Below, in pieces: positions 51,732 to 62,489 of a stretch of 64,000 bases of DNA (positions are counted from its first letter, which is position 1; every line of letters begins with the position of its first letter). The notes under the pieces were generated by a model, which was not told the origin of the DNA, ran no database searches, and was given only the letters and a program-made list of their open reading frames with translations. The translations under genes were made by a program, and so were the position numbers. Source of the stretch: Candidatus Nanohalarchaeota archaeon (GTDB lineage: Archaea; Nanohalarchaeota; Nanosalinia; Nanosalinales; JAFCCC01); assembly GCA_017610385.1 (NCBI GenBank), contig JAFCCC010000002.1:94570-158569 (forward strand). The letters run 5' to 3'.

Positions 51732-52619
51732 ATGCTATTAGAAGAGCAAATTTCTTCAAATAAACGAAAATCTGTGTTCTTATTAATTTTCATTCCCGCG
51801 ATTTTGTTTGGTTTGGTTTATCTAATTGGGAGGTTCTTCTTTGCTGGAAATGTTATTCTATCGTGGTTCATTGGTTTTATTATTGTATTAGTATATTCCT
51901 TAAGTTCGTATTATGCCAGTGATCAAATGGTATTAAAAGCAGTTAAAGCAAAAAACGCGGATAAAATTCGGCATAAACGACTTTATGATTTAATGGAAGG
52001 TCTTTGTTTGGGTTCTGGAATGCCTATGCCTAAATTGTATGTTCAGAAAAGTGATATGATTAATGCTTTTGCGACTGGTAGAGACCCACAACACGGAAAA
52101 GTCTGTGTAACAACTGGAGCTATAGAGAAATTAAATAAAACAGAATTAGAGGGTGTTTTAGCTCATGAACTATCTCACATAAGAAATTATGATATTCGTT
52201 TTATGACCTTGATTGTTGCGATGGTTGGCGCAATAAGTTTGTTGGCAGCAATATTTTGGAGAGGAACCTTATATGGGGTTGGCAATAACAATAGAAAATC
52301 TCAGGGAAATGCCGCAATAATTATGTTAATTATTGGTGTAGCTTTTGCGATTTTGGCTCCGTTATTTGCGAAATTAATTCAACTAGCAGTTTCAAGAAAA
52401 AGAGAATATTTGGCAGATGCAAGCGGAGCTCATTTAACGAGATATCCCGAAGGATTGGCCTCTGCACTAGAAAAAATTAAAGGTGAAAATAAAAAAATGA
52501 AAGTTGAACAATCTGTTTCTCCCTTGTATTTTTCAGACCCGTTTAAGAAAAAAGTTAATAGTTTATTTGCAACGCATCCTTCAATAGATAAAAGAATATC
52601 TGCATTACGAAAAATGTAA
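51732..52619 (+). CDS. htpX: HtpX-like M48 zinc metalloprotease
   Basis: Contains HELSHIRNYD (HExxH), a downstream EYLAD, four TM segments and a C-terminal THPSIDKRI. Confidence 0.88.
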   Translation: MLLEEQISSNKRKSVFLLIFIPAILFGLVYLIGRFFFAGNVILSWFIGFIIVLVYSLSSYYASDQMVLKAVKAKNADKIRHKRLYDLMEGLCLGSGMPMPKLYVQKSDMINAFATGRDPQHGKVCVTTGAIEKLNKTELEGVLAHELSHIRNYDIRFMTLIVAMVGAISLLAAIFWRGTLYGVGNNNRKSQGNAAIIMLIIGVAFAILAPLFAKLIQLAVSRKREYLADASGAHLTRYPEGLASALEKIKGENKKMKVEQSVSPLYFSDPFKKKVNSLFATHPSIDKRISALRKM

Positions 52620-52712
52620 TTCTAAAACATCTAAATTCAAAAATAGAGTATAGCATCTAAATTTTTTTTCAAATAAATGAATTTAAAAGTCAAAATAAAA
52701 TTATAAGTTATT

Positions 52713-53048
52713 ATGACTTGGTTTTCTTTTTTATCGTTGAGTACCGAACCTCTGAAAAATATTCTTTGGTTTTTAGAGAATCCTTCTCACGGAGAAAGAC
52801 TAGTGAATGCACTTTATAATTTACCCGTAGAAGTATGCGGAAATAATGGAATTGCACCGCATCTAATAATCAAAGAAACAACTTATGGCGGCGTAAAAAA
52901 AATCGAAATAATGCCTCAGCAAGGTTACAGTCCAATTTCGATTCGATCTGGTGAGAATCTCATTGAACAGGAAGCATATGAACAAAAAAGTGATGGTTAT
53001 TTGTTTAGAATAATGTCTTCAAGATTGAACGGTAGCGGGCAATTGTAG
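52713..53048 (+). CDS. hypothetical protein
   Basis: 111-aa ORF; no motif recognised. Confidence 0.4.
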   Translation: MTWFSFLSLSTEPLKNILWFLENPSHGERLVNALYNLPVEVCGNNGIAPHLIIKETTYGGVKKIEIMPQQGYSPISIRSGENLIEQEAYEQKSDGYLFRIMSSRLNGSGQL

Positions 53049-53146
53049 TTACAGTTATAATAAAATATTTCTCAAAGATGGGAAAGATTTAAAAGATTTA
53101 ATTCTAAAGTGTATTTTATAAAAATTTTTACAAGGCGCATATTAAG

Positions 53147-53530
53147 ATGAGATTCAAACTAAAAAACGGTCAGCCCTTTGAAGCAGAAGGAATTAAAGGT
53201 CTTCGGTATAATACGAAAGAAGAATATTCTGTCGGATCTGCACAATATATTGAAGTGAATGGTCGCAGAGAAAAAGTAAGAAGTTTAAATAGCGACAGAA
53301 TTTATTATGTTATTGAAGGTGAGGGAAATTTTATGGTTGATGGGCAAATTTACCCTGTTAAAACTTCTGATGTAGTTATAGTCCCAAAAATGAGCCCTTA
53401 TAATTATTGGGGAACTATGAACTTGTTTTCTATTTATACTCATACAGGAGAACCAATCGAGGAAGAAAAACTGGAATCTGTTCAAGATGGAATCAGAAAA
53501 GTTAGAGTAAGAGTAATTAAGCCAGAATAG
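53147..53530 (+). CDS. cupin-domain protein
   Basis: The YYVIEGEGNFMVDGQIYPVKTSDVVIVP layout is typical of the cupin beta-barrel. Confidence 0.6.
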   Translation: MRFKLKNGQPFEAEGIKGLRYNTKEEYSVGSAQYIEVNGRREKVRSLNSDRIYYVIEGEGNFMVDGQIYPVKTSDVVIVPKMSPYNYWGTMNLFSIYTHTGEPIEEEKLESVQDGIRKVRVRVIKPE

Positions 53531-53586
53531 AGAGATTTATATCTTATTTTTTTAGATGCATGTAATATTTCTTTAAATAATTGAAG

Positions 53587-53952
53587 TTAGAAAAGGGCTC
53601 GAAGTAGTGGTGGTATCAAAATAAAACAAGCGATTATGAGTGATAAAATAATCATTGAAAGTACTGCTCCGGCCACAGCATCTTTAATTAAAGCAGTTTC
53701 TTCGTCTTTAAATGGAACTAAACGATCTAATAATTTTTCTACAGCCGTATTGACGAACTCCAAAGTTGGAATTATAAAAGAAATTATTATGATAATAATT
53801 AATTCAATTCTATTAATTCTTAGCAGAACCCCAGAAAATATTGCTAAAGCAGCAGCAATAAGTTCCATTTTTAAATGTCTGTCGTTGTGGACGCAGTGAA
53901 TGATTCCTTGAATTGCGTGTTCAATACTGTCTCTGTCAGAGCGTTTTTTCAT
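53587..53952 (-). CDS. dgkA: diacylglycerol/undecaprenol kinase (DgkA) family membrane protein
   Basis: 121 aa with three TM segments. Contains HLKMELIAA, E(F)VNTAVE and IKDAVAGAVL motifs. Confidence 0.7.
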   Translation of the reverse strand: MKKRSDRDSIEHAIQGIIHCVHNDRHLKMELIAAALAIFSGVLLRINRIELIIIIIISFIIPTLEFVNTAVEKLLDRLVPFKDEETALIKDAVAGAVLSMIILSLIIACFILIPPLLRALF

Positions 53953-54054
53953 ATTATATCTACATAGAACAGAAACACATAATAATATAAATCCAATTAG
54001 TTACACATTGGATAAGGGCAATCTCATGCGAGATTTCCAGGTTTCAAAAATTTT

Positions 54055-54218
54055 GGGCTCGTAGCTCAGTTGGTAGAGCACCAGGCTTTTAACATGTTTT
54101 AAAAGCTCTGAGGTCAATTAGACCTGTGATTGGGAGTTACCTGGGTGTCGCGGGAAGTTTAAAAGTCAGATAACTATCGTTGGCTTTAAACTCGCGAATT
54201 CGAGCCCCGTCGGGCCCA
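54055..54218 (+). tRNA. tRNA-Lys (anticodon UUU) with two introns (anticodon loop 37/38 and T-arm 53/54)
   Basis: Hand-folded. Acceptor is GGGCTCG/CGGGCCC and the D arm is GCTC-AGTTGGTA-GAGC. The anticodon stem is CCAGG/CCTGG with loop CTTTTA|A. The T stem is GCGGG/CCCGT with TTCGAGC. Intron 1 is about 54092-54138 and intron 2 about 54155-54198. Confidence 0.85.
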
Positions 54219-54223
54219 AATCA

Positions 54224-54240
54224 TTTTTTTCTTCTATTTT
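54224..54240 (+). terminator. oligo-T tract after tRNA-Lys
   Basis: The sequence tttttttcttctatttt begins 6 nt after the discriminator. Confidence 0.4.
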
Positions 54241-54273
54241 TTATTATATTAAAATTAATGTTGTTTCATCAAA

Positions 54274-54834
54274 TTAATTAAGAAGATGCTTCATGAGATT
54301 ATCTAAATTTTTATATAAGACTTCCACATTATTTTCATTAATAATTCTAAAGTCTGCTAATTTGGCTGCTTCATAATACTGCAAAGATTCTTCTCGTTTT
54401 TCCTGAATCATAAAATCCTGATAATTATCTGTATCCTTTGGCCCAGCTCTTAATTTTAGTCTTTCAAATCGGGTTTGAGTTGAGGCGACAATTTCTATAA
54501 TTTTAAAGTTTTTCTTAAACTCTTTGATTGCGGGAAGAACATCTTCTCTTACTCTTGGCTCTTTGAAAATAAGTCTCTGACTGTTCATTGTTTGCGCTTT
54601 TCTAACTAACTCTTGGGCCCAATAATCCATTCCATATTTTGTTCTAAACTCGAAGGCAATATCTTGTTGAATTTTTCTATGATTTTTCGCTTTTAAGGAC
54701 TGACCGCGTTCTAGAATCTTTTCATCAATTAGATCTGCAAAAGAAAGTGCTTTAAAACCATATTTAGAACACAAATAATCACTAGTTGTATCTTTTCCAG
54801 AGCCAATTTTACCGGTTATTGCAAGAACGATCAT
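54274..54834 (-). CDS. P-loop nucleotide kinase (dephospho-CoA kinase-like / dNMP kinase-like)
   Basis: Contains the N-terminal Walker A ITGKIGSGKDT; 186 aa. Confidence 0.55.
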   Translation of the reverse strand: MIVLAITGKIGSGKDTTSDYLCSKYGFKALSFADLIDEKILERGQSLKAKNHRKIQQDIAFEFRTKYGMDYWAQELVRKAQTMNSQRLIFKEPRVREDVLPAIKEFKKNFKIIEIVASTQTRFERLKLRAGPKDTDNYQDFMIQEKREESLQYYEAAKLADFRIINENNVEVLYKNLDNLMKHLLN

Positions 54835-55053
54835 TAGAATTTTTATGATATTGGAACTATTTAAGAATTCGGTTTTGTAAAATAATATTCAATTTTAGAA
54901 CGATTGTAAGCTGTAAAATAGAAAGTTTATACTAAATCTAAACAAGAAACTATATGTACTGGATGAAGAATCTAAAAAATATAAAGAAAATTTGAGGGAG
55001 GTTTATTTTATATGCAGAATAAACAAAGCTAAAAGAGGTATAAAGGCAATATT

Positions 55054-56220
55054 ATGATAAATATTTTCTTGTTTCTTGCGATTGTATTTTTCTTTACATT
55101 TGTGATTGGAAAATTATTAGAAAAGATAAGAATTCCATGGATTTTTGCTGCATTGCTTTTGGGTGTTTTACTATCAATATATTCCCCATTTAGTTCTATT
55201 ACTTCTTCGCCTACATTTACATTTCTTGCACAACTTGGTATGTATTTCTTACTTTTTATAATCGGTTTTGAGATAAATCTGAAAAAAATGAAAAAGAAAC
55301 GTAATTTTCTTATAAAAGCGACATTTTTTATTATTTTTCTAGAAGCCATTTTTGGAAGTATTGTTATTTATTTTGTCTTTCAAACTACTTGGTTCATAGC
55401 ATTTTTAGTGGCATTATCTTTTGCAACCGTTGGCGAAGCAATTCTGATTCCTATTCTAGACGAATTTAAAATAATAAATACTCGTCTCGGACAGGCGATA
55501 ATAGGAATAGGAACCTTAGATGACGTTATTGAAATAATGACTTTAATTTCAGTTGTTATTTTGATTGGTTCTCGTATTCAGACTCCTTTTAACCTCGGTT
55601 TAATAATAGGTTCACTATTTGTTTTGTTTGCTCTAACAGTAGGTCTTACTAAACTTAAAAAACAAGGTATAAAATTCAAATTTAAAAATATAGAAACTCT
55701 TTTTTTATTTGTTGTTTTTGTATTTTTCTTATTTTTGGGAATTGGAATTTATGGTGAAATTGCGCCCTTAGCAGCATTACTTGCGGGAATTGGGCTTAGA
55801 ACATTTATTCCAGAAAAAAGATTGAAACTAATAGAAAATGAAGTTAAGACAATTTGCTATGGTTTTTTTGCGCCACTATTTTTCTTGTGGGTTGGTGCCT
55901 CAATGAATATGACGTATCTTGTTACATATCCATTAATTATTATATTAATTGCGAGCGTATCAATTGCAGCGAAACTTTTAGGTAGTTATGTCGTTGGAAA
56001 AAGAGAATTTGGTAAGAAGAAATCGATTTTGCTTGGTATTGGGCTTTCAGTAAGGTTTAGTACCAGCATTATTGTGATAAAAATTCTGTTTGATAGCGGT
56101 TTAATTAGTGTGGGATTGTATTCTGTTATTATTGCTTCAAGTCTGGTATTTACATTTATTATTCCAATTTTATTTTCTAACCTGCTTGTAAGATGGAAAA
56201 TATCTAAAATCAAAGAATAA
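55054..56220 (+). CDS. cation:proton antiporter (CPA2 / Na+/H+ exchanger family)
   Basis: Has 11-12 TM segments and the ..ATVGEAILIPILDE.., ..GTLDDVIE.. pattern of Na_H_exchanger proteins. Confidence 0.75.
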   Translation: MINIFLFLAIVFFFTFVIGKLLEKIRIPWIFAALLLGVLLSIYSPFSSITSSPTFTFLAQLGMYFLLFIIGFEINLKKMKKKRNFLIKATFFIIFLEAIFGSIVIYFVFQTTWFIAFLVALSFATVGEAILIPILDEFKIINTRLGQAIIGIGTLDDVIEIMTLISVVILIGSRIQTPFNLGLIIGSLFVLFALTVGLTKLKKQGIKFKFKNIETLFLFVVFVFFLFLGIGIYGEIAPLAALLAGIGLRTFIPEKRLKLIENEVKTICYGFFAPLFFLWVGASMNMTYLVTYPLIIILIASVSIAAKLLGSYVVGKREFGKKKSILLGIGLSVRFSTSIIVIKILFDSGLISVGLYSVIIASSLVFTFIIPILFSNLLVRWKISKIKE

Positions 56221-56233
56221 GAGGAAATTAAAA

Positions 56234-58777
56234 ATGTCGCAAGAATTGGGATTAACAACAGAAGAAGCAAGAAAAAGATTGGAAAAATATGGTCAAAATG
56301 AAATAAAAAGAATTCATAAAATACATCCTACGAAAATATTTATTTCTCAATTTACATCTCCATTAATTTTAATCTTGATTGCGGTAGCAGTAATCTCGTG
56401 GGGAATTGGTTTTCTTCCAAGGCAAGATTCAAATATAGCAGATACTATTTTGATTTTACTGATAGTTCTTGTTTCTGGTGTCTCTGGATTCTTTCAAGAG
56501 TATAAATCTGAGAAAACAATAGAGGCTCTTCAAAAAATGGCTGTTCCTACCGCAAGAGTTATTAGAGATGGAAAAGAAAAGGAAATAAAAGTGACTCAAA
56601 TTGTTCCGGGGGATTTGGTTTTGCTTGAATCTGGTGATGTAGTACATGCAGATGCCAAAATAATAGATTCATTTGGTCTCAAAATTGATGAATCAGTTTT
56701 AACAGGGGAATCTAGAGCAGTAAGTAAAAAGCCTTCAGATGTTCTCTTCAGGAATACGTTTGTTACTTCTGGCAATGCAAAAGTAATAGTTACAGCAACA
56801 GGAATGCAAACAAAAGTAGGAAGCATTGCAGTTAAACTTCAAAATATGAAAGAAGAAAAAACTTCATTTCAAATAGAACTAAGTAAATTTAGCAAGAAAA
56901 TTTCCTTTGCAATTCTAGGCATAATTGTAATTATGATGTCTCTTAGTCTTTTTAAATACAGCTTATACGCGTCATTACTTATTTCCATCTCATTAGCTGT
57001 TGCTGCAATTCCAGAAGGTTTACCTGCGGTTGTGGTTCTTACTCTTGCTGTTGCAGCGAGAGTGATGTCAAAAAAGAATGCGCTGATAAGAAAATTGTCA
57101 GTAACAGAATCTGTAGGTGCTGTGAATATTATTTGTACTGATAAAACTGGAACATTAACAAAAAATGAAATGATTGTAACTAAGTTATTTTTTAATAATG
57201 CTGTTCTTGATGTTTCTAAAATTCAGAAAATGAAAATTGAAGAAATAAAACCGCTTCTTGTTTGTGGCGCATTATGCAATAATTCTCGAATAGGTTCTGA
57301 TGAAAATGAAAATAAGAAATATTTGGGTGACCAGACAGAAGTTGCTTTAAGACAGATTTCAGATAAATTTGGATTCGTAAAAGAAAAACTGGAAAAAGAC
57401 TATGAAATACTGGATGAACTCTCGTTTACATCTAAAAGAAAGATGATGAGCGTTATTTGTAGTTCTTCGGATCCGGACACATATTTTATTTATTCAAAGG
57501 GCGCTCCAGAAGTGCTTATAGAACGGTGTGATAGGATTTATAAGAATAAAAAAATCTTAAAAATGAATAAGGGGATGAAGGAACAAATTTTGGAACAAAA
57601 TAAAAAATTTGCTTCTCAAGCGCTACGAGTTTTGGGTTTTGCTTTCAAAGAGACAAAAAATCCAAAAAAAGACACAGAAAAAAATCTGATTTGGATAGGT
57701 CTGGAGGCAATGATAGATCCGCCTAGAAAAGAAGTTAGAGAAGCTCTAATAGAGTGTAGAAACGCGGGGATACGAGTTATTATTTTAACTGGAGATAATC
57801 CTCTAACTGCAAGAGCCATAGCAAATGAAATTGGGCTGAAAAGTAAAGATGTTTTAATTGGAAAAGAATTAGATAAACTTAGCGATAAAGAACTTGAAGC
57901 AAAATTAAAGTCTGGCACAAACATTTTTGCAAGAATTTCATCATTTCACAAATTGCGTATTTTGGAGATTTTAAAAAAAGAAAACAAAGTGGCAATGACT
58001 GGTGATGGGGTTAATGATGCTTTAGCTTTAAAAAAGGCAGATGTTGGAATTGCCATGGAAATCCGAGGAACAGAAGTAGCTAAAGAAGCTAGCGATATGA
58101 TTTTACTTGATGACAATTTTGCAACAATAACGTTAGCCATAAAAGAAGGGAGAAGAATTTTTGATAATATAAGAAAATTTGTTAATTATCTATTTGTGTG
58201 TAATTTTGCAGAAGTAGGAATATTGCTTTTAGCTACTTTATTTTTAACGCTTAAGGAACCGATTCTTTTACCCATACAGATTTTATGGATTAATTTATTA
58301 ACATATGGGTTACCTGCGCTTGCTTTGGGGGTTGATCCAGCCAGACCAGATATTATGCACAAACTACCAAGAAAAAAAGGGGAACCAATAATAAATAAAC
58401 GTTTAGGTTGGTTGATAGGAACAATTGGAATTAAAAAGATGCTCATTTTATTTGCCACCTTTTTCGTGATTTTGCCTTTTGGAGTAGAGTTAGCTAGAAG
58501 CACATTATTTACAGGATTTATTCTTTATGAATTTGTAAGAATTGCTACAATAAGATATCAAGAAAAATTGAACTGGTTTTCAAATAAATGGCTTCTTATC
58601 GCCCTGTTTGGTTCTGTCGCATTACAATTATTAATTATATATACCCCTCTAAATCGATTTTTTCACATAGTGCCGTTGGGGTGGTATGAATGGGCAATTC
58701 TTCTTGCAGGAATACTGTTAGGGTATATTTTAGCTATATTAATAACTAAACTGATACTGAAATTTGTTAAAGAATAA
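56234..58777 (+). CDS. P-type ATPase, type II (Ca2+/cation-transporting)
   Basis: Contains TGES, phosphorylation site CTDKTGTLT, the KGAPE nucleotide site, MTGDGVNDALALKKADVGIAM and ten TM segments. Confidence 0.93.
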   Translation: MSQELGLTTEEARKRLEKYGQNEIKRIHKIHPTKIFISQFTSPLILILIAVAVISWGIGFLPRQDSNIADTILILLIVLVSGVSGFFQEYKSEKTIEALQKMAVPTARVIRDGKEKEIKVTQIVPGDLVLLESGDVVHADAKIIDSFGLKIDESVLTGESRAVSKKPSDVLFRNTFVTSGNAKVIVTATGMQTKVGSIAVKLQNMKEEKTSFQIELSKFSKKISFAILGIIVIMMSLSLFKYSLYASLLISISLAVAAIPEGLPAVVVLTLAVAARVMSKKNALIRKLSVTESVGAVNIICTDKTGTLTKNEMIVTKLFFNNAVLDVSKIQKMKIEEIKPLLVCGALCNNSRIGSDENENKKYLGDQTEVALRQISDKFGFVKEKLEKDYEILDELSFTSKRKMMSVICSSSDPDTYFIYSKGAPEVLIERCDRIYKNKKILKMNKGMKEQILEQNKKFASQALRVLGFAFKETKNPKKDTEKNLIWIGLEAMIDPPRKEVREALIECRNAGIRVIILTGDNPLTARAIANEIGLKSKDVLIGKELDKLSDKELEAKLKSGTNIFARISSFHKLRILEILKKENKVAMTGDGVNDALALKKADVGIAMEIRGTEVAKEASDMILLDDNFATITLAIKEGRRIFDNIRKFVNYLFVCNFAEVGILLLATLFLTLKEPILLPIQILWINLLTYGLPALALGVDPARPDIMHKLPRKKGEPIINKRLGWLIGTIGIKKMLILFATFFVILPFGVELARSTLFTGFILYEFVRIATIRYQEKLNWFSNKWLLIALFGSVALQLLIIYTPLNRFFHIVPLGWYEWAILLAGILLGYILAILITKLILKFVKE

Positions 58778-58973
58778 ATTACCTATGCTGAACCTATAAA
58801 ATTAAAAAGGGAGATAGAAAATTTATGGAAAAATTAAGACGTCAAAATAGGTCAAAAATCGCATGAATTTTATTAGTCCGGCAGTAATGCGTTAACTTTA
58901 AAAAGGTTAGTATAATGTAATATGATAAGCTGCTGTAGTCTTTCTGATAAAATTCCACTCAGCCCAACTCATC

Positions 58974-59213
58974 GTGATTGATATGACAAAGAACAAACTG
59001 ACGCAGGAGTTAGTCCCGAATCATAAGAAATTAAGTGAGGGGGAAGCTAAAAAAATTCTAGAAAGCTACAAAATTAATAAAAAACAATTACCAAAGATTA
59101 GTTTAACAGATCCCGCCTTAAAAGGAATGGATTCGGAAAAGGGGGATGTTATAGAAATAACACGGAAAAGTCAAACTGCGGGTACTGCAATGTATTATAG
59201 AATCGCGTATTAG
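58974..59213 (+). CDS. rpoH: DNA-directed RNA polymerase subunit H (Rpo5)
   Basis: Contains LVPNHKKLSEGEAKKILESYKINKKQLPKI..DPA......GDVIEITR.S.TAG....YR. The start may be ATG 58983. Confidence 0.88.
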   Translation: MIDMTKNKLTQELVPNHKKLSEGEAKKILESYKINKKQLPKISLTDPALKGMDSEKGDVIEITRKSQTAGTAMYYRIAY

Positions 59214-59229
59214 TTGGGTTTAGATAAAG

Positions 59230-60690
59230 ATGAAGTTAGATTTCCTGAAATACTTAAATGAGAAAACATTGGTTAAGCATCAAATAGATTCTTATAATGA
59301 TTTTGTGGTTAATAGGTTACAACGAATTATAAATGATATTGAAGAAATTAAACCAGAATTATTGGGTGGTGAAGATTTGGTTATTAAACTAGGTCGTATT
59401 TCTGTTGAAGAACCAATTGTTAAAGAAGCTGACGGATCTATTAGAAAAATTTTGCCAAGTGAAGCACGAACCCGAAATTTAACTTATGCTTCACGATTAA
59501 GAGTAACAATGACTCCTGTTTTTGAAGGAGTTAAACAAGATTCTGAAAAAGTTATTATTGGAGAAATTCCTGTTATGGTAAAGTCAATTATTTGTCCAAC
59601 AGCTAAAATGAATAAAGAAGAATTAGAAAAAAGTGGTGAAGATCCAGATGATCCTGGTGGCTATTTTATAATTAATGGTTCAGAAAAGGTTATTGTAACT
59701 TCAGAAGAATTAGCAAATAACCAACCAATGTATCTTAGGGACTTAGGCGAAGAAATTGCTCGTTTGAACTCTGAAAGACGAGGTTATGTGCAAAGACATG
59801 TATTCAGACGAAAACATGGAATTATTTACTTAAATTTTGCGAATGTAAAAAGTGTTCCTGCTGTTGTGGTTATGCGCGCGTTGGGAATGGAAACTGATAA
59901 AGAAATTATAGAAGCAATCTCTGAAAAATACGCGGGAGAGGTTTATTTGAATATTTATGAAAGCGAGGTTTCAACAAAAGAAGAGGCTGTTGATGTTATT
60001 GGTAAAAAAGCAAGCGTTACAAAAGACAGGGAATCTCGAGTTTATACAATACTTGATAAGTATTTATTACCTCACTTGGGTCAAGACCCTGAAATTAGAA
60101 AGTTAAAAGCAGAATATTTAGGAAAAATTATCAAAAATTTAGTTGCATTGGCCAAAGGAGATTTACAAGAGGATGACATAGATCACTATGCAAATAAAAG
60201 ATTAAAATTAGCAGGAGACTTATTGGAAATGCAATTCCGGTCTGTTTTCTTAGGCAAATGGGGTTTCGTTGCAAGAATAAAATATAATTTTCAGAAAAGT
60301 GTTAAAAGAGGAAGAATGCCCTCTTTGCAATCTACGGTTGTTGCAGATACTTTAACAAAACAAATTATGAGTGCTATGGCAACTGGTAGTTGGGTTGGTG
60401 GAAGAACGGGTGTCGCTCAAAGACTAGAAAGAAGTAATTTCTTGAAAGCATTAGATCATTTAAGAAATGTTGTATCTCCGTTAAGTTCTCAAAGACAACA
60501 CTTTGAAGCGAGAGAATTACATGCAACTCAATGGGGTAGATTATGCCCAATTAAAACGCCAGAAGGTATGAATATTGGTTTAAGAAAATATTTGGCGTCT
60601 TTTGCACTGATTACTAATGGAATCCCAGAAAAAGAAAGAACTCCGTTAAAAGAAGTACTTCTAAAAAATTTAAAAGAAGGTGAAAAATGA
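59230..60690 (+). CDS. rpoB2: DNA-directed RNA polymerase subunit B'' (Rpo2N)
   Basis: N-terminal half of the second-largest subunit (..HQIDSYNDFV.., ..GGYFIINGSEKV.., ..RLCPIKTPEGMNIGL..). It overlaps the B' start (ATGA). Confidence 0.95.
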   Translation: MKLDFLKYLNEKTLVKHQIDSYNDFVVNRLQRIINDIEEIKPELLGGEDLVIKLGRISVEEPIVKEADGSIRKILPSEARTRNLTYASRLRVTMTPVFEGVKQDSEKVIIGEIPVMVKSIICPTAKMNKEELEKSGEDPDDPGGYFIINGSEKVIVTSEELANNQPMYLRDLGEEIARLNSERRGYVQRHVFRRKHGIIYLNFANVKSVPAVVVMRALGMETDKEIIEAISEKYAGEVYLNIYESEVSTKEEAVDVIGKKASVTKDRESRVYTILDKYLLPHLGQDPEIRKLKAEYLGKIIKNLVALAKGDLQEDDIDHYANKRLKLAGDLLEMQFRSVFLGKWGFVARIKYNFQKSVKRGRMPSLQSTVVADTLTKQIMSAMATGSWVGGRTGVAQRLERSNFLKALDHLRNVVSPLSSQRQHFEARELHATQWGRLCPIKTPEGMNIGLRKYLASFALITNGIPEKERTPLKEVLLKNLKEGEK

Positions 60691-62489
60691 CTGATGTATA
60701 TTTAGATGGAGAATTAATTAGTACAACAAATAATGCAGAAAAACTAAGAAAATATGTCATTACATCTCGAAGAAAAGGAGAATTAAACGAAGAAATTAAT
60801 GTTTATTTAGATACGACAAAAGATGAATTAAGAATTTTAACTGATTCTGGAAGAGTTCGAAGACCTTTAATTATTGTAGATGAAGGGAAACCAAGGATTA
60901 CAGAGGATCACCTTAGAAAATTGGAAACAGGTGAATTAAAATTTTCAGAATTAGCAAAAGAAGGAATAATTGAATATTTGGATGCTAGTGAAGAAGAGAA
61001 TTCTTATGTTGCATTAAATTTAGAGGATGTAACCAGAGAGCATACTCATTTAGAAATGGATCCTGCAATTATTCATGGTTTATCTGCATCAGTTGTAGTT
61101 TATCCGCAATACAATAGAGGAGATCGTGTAAATTATGGATCTAAAATGTGTACACAAGGGCTTGGAATGTATGCTAAAAACTTCCATTCTAGATTTGATA
61201 CAAATTCTAATATACTCCTTTATGCACAAAAACCGCTTGTTTCAACTCAAAGCTCTGATAAATTAATTGGGACCCATCCAATAGGACAAAACATGATTAT
61301 TGCTATTGCTTCTTTTGAAGGATATAATATGGAAGATGCAGTTATCATGAATAAAGCATCTGTCGAAAGAGGGTTAGGAAGATCATTTTATTTTAGAACA
61401 TATACCACAGAAGCAAGAAGATATTGGGGCGGTCAAAAAGATAGGGTAGGAATTCCAGACAAAGACGTTAGAGGATATAGATCAGAAGAAGCTTATCAAC
61501 ATTTGCCAGATGATGGTATAATTAATCCAGAAACGTTTGCTAATGAAAATTCAGTTTTAGTCGGAAAAATGTCTCCGCCAAAGTTCTTAGGATCTTCAGA
61601 AGAAGTTAAATTGGGTCTAGCTGCAAGCAGAGAAACCTCGACAACGGTTAGAAGTGGGGAATCAGGAATGGTGGATAAGGTTTTAGTTTCTGAAACAGCG
61701 GGAGGCAACAAATTGATTAAAGTAAAATTAAGAGAAGAAAGAATTCCAGAATTAGGTGATAAATTCGCATCAAGGCACGGCCAGAAAGGAGTTATTGGTT
61801 TAATTATTCGAGAGGAAGATATGCCATTTACGAGAAATGGTATTGTTCCGGATTTAATTTTTAGTACTCATGCCATACCATCTAGAATGACAATATCTCA
61901 TTTAATGGAATTAATTGGAAGTAAAGTTGCAGCTCTACGGGGCTCTTTTGTAGATGGAACCGGATTCCATGGGCAATCTGAAGAGGACTTGAGAAAAGAA
62001 CTACAAGAATTGGGATTTAGATATGACGGCAAAGAAAGAATGTACAATGGAATAACTGGGGAATTAATTTCTGCTATGATCTTTATTGGCCCGATGTTTT
62101 ACTTAAAATTAGAACACATGGTAGCAAATAAAATTCATGCAAGAAGCAGAGGTCCTGTAACATTATTAACAAAACAACCAACAGCAGGAAGAGCGAGAGA
62201 AGGTGGTTTAAGGCTTGGTGAAATGGAAAAAGATTGTTTTGTAAGTCACGGCTCTGCATTACTTCTAAAAGAAAGGTTCGGATCAGATTTTACAAGCACG
62301 TTTATTTGTCAGAAGTGTGGCGAATTAGCAGTGCAGGATAAAAGAAAGAAAATAGTTTATTGCCCAATTTGCAAAGACCGAGCAGAGTTAGTCGAAGTAA
62401 AAATACCACAAGCATTTATTTTACTATTAGATGAATTAAAAACACTACTAATTTCATTAAAGATAAAAACAGAGGAAAGTGAACTATGA
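60687..62489 (+). CDS. rpoB1: DNA-directed RNA polymerase subunit B' (Rpo2C)
   Basis: Contains ..GYNMEDA.., ..GDKFASRHGQKGV.., ..GGLRLGEMEKD.. and the C-terminal zinc motif CQKCG...CPIC. Confidence 0.96.
   Translation: MTDVYLDGELISTTNNAEKLRKYVITSRRKGELNEEINVYLDTTKDELRILTDSGRVRRPLIIVDEGKPRITEDHLRKLETGELKFSELAKEGIIEYLDASEEENSYVALNLEDVTREHTHLEMDPAIIHGLSASVVVYPQYNRGDRVNYGSKMCTQGLGMYAKNFHSRFDTNSNILLYAQKPLVSTQSSDKLIGTHPIGQNMIIAIASFEGYNMEDAVIMNKASVERGLGRSFYFRTYTTEARRYWGGQKDRVGIPDKDVRGYRSEEAYQHLPDDGIINPETFANENSVLVGKMSPPKFLGSSEEVKLGLAASRETSTTVRSGESGMVDKVLVSETAGGNKLIKVKLREERIPELGDKFASRHGQKGVIGLIIREEDMPFTRNGIVPDLIFSTHAIPSRMTISHLMELIGSKVAALRGSFVDGTGFHGQSEEDLRKELQELGFRYDGKERMYNGITGELISAMIFIGPMFYLKLEHMVANKIHARSRGPVTLLTKQPTAGRAREGGLRLGEMEKDCFVSHGSALLLKERFGSDFTSTFICQKCGELAVQDKRKKIVYCPICKDRAELVEVKIPQAFILLLDELKTLLISLKIKTEESEL

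Noticed and set aside
55029-55349. Minus-strand 106-aa ORF.
   Set aside because: It is antisense to the 5' end of the CPA2 antiporter gene and has a low-complexity I/F/K-rich translation.
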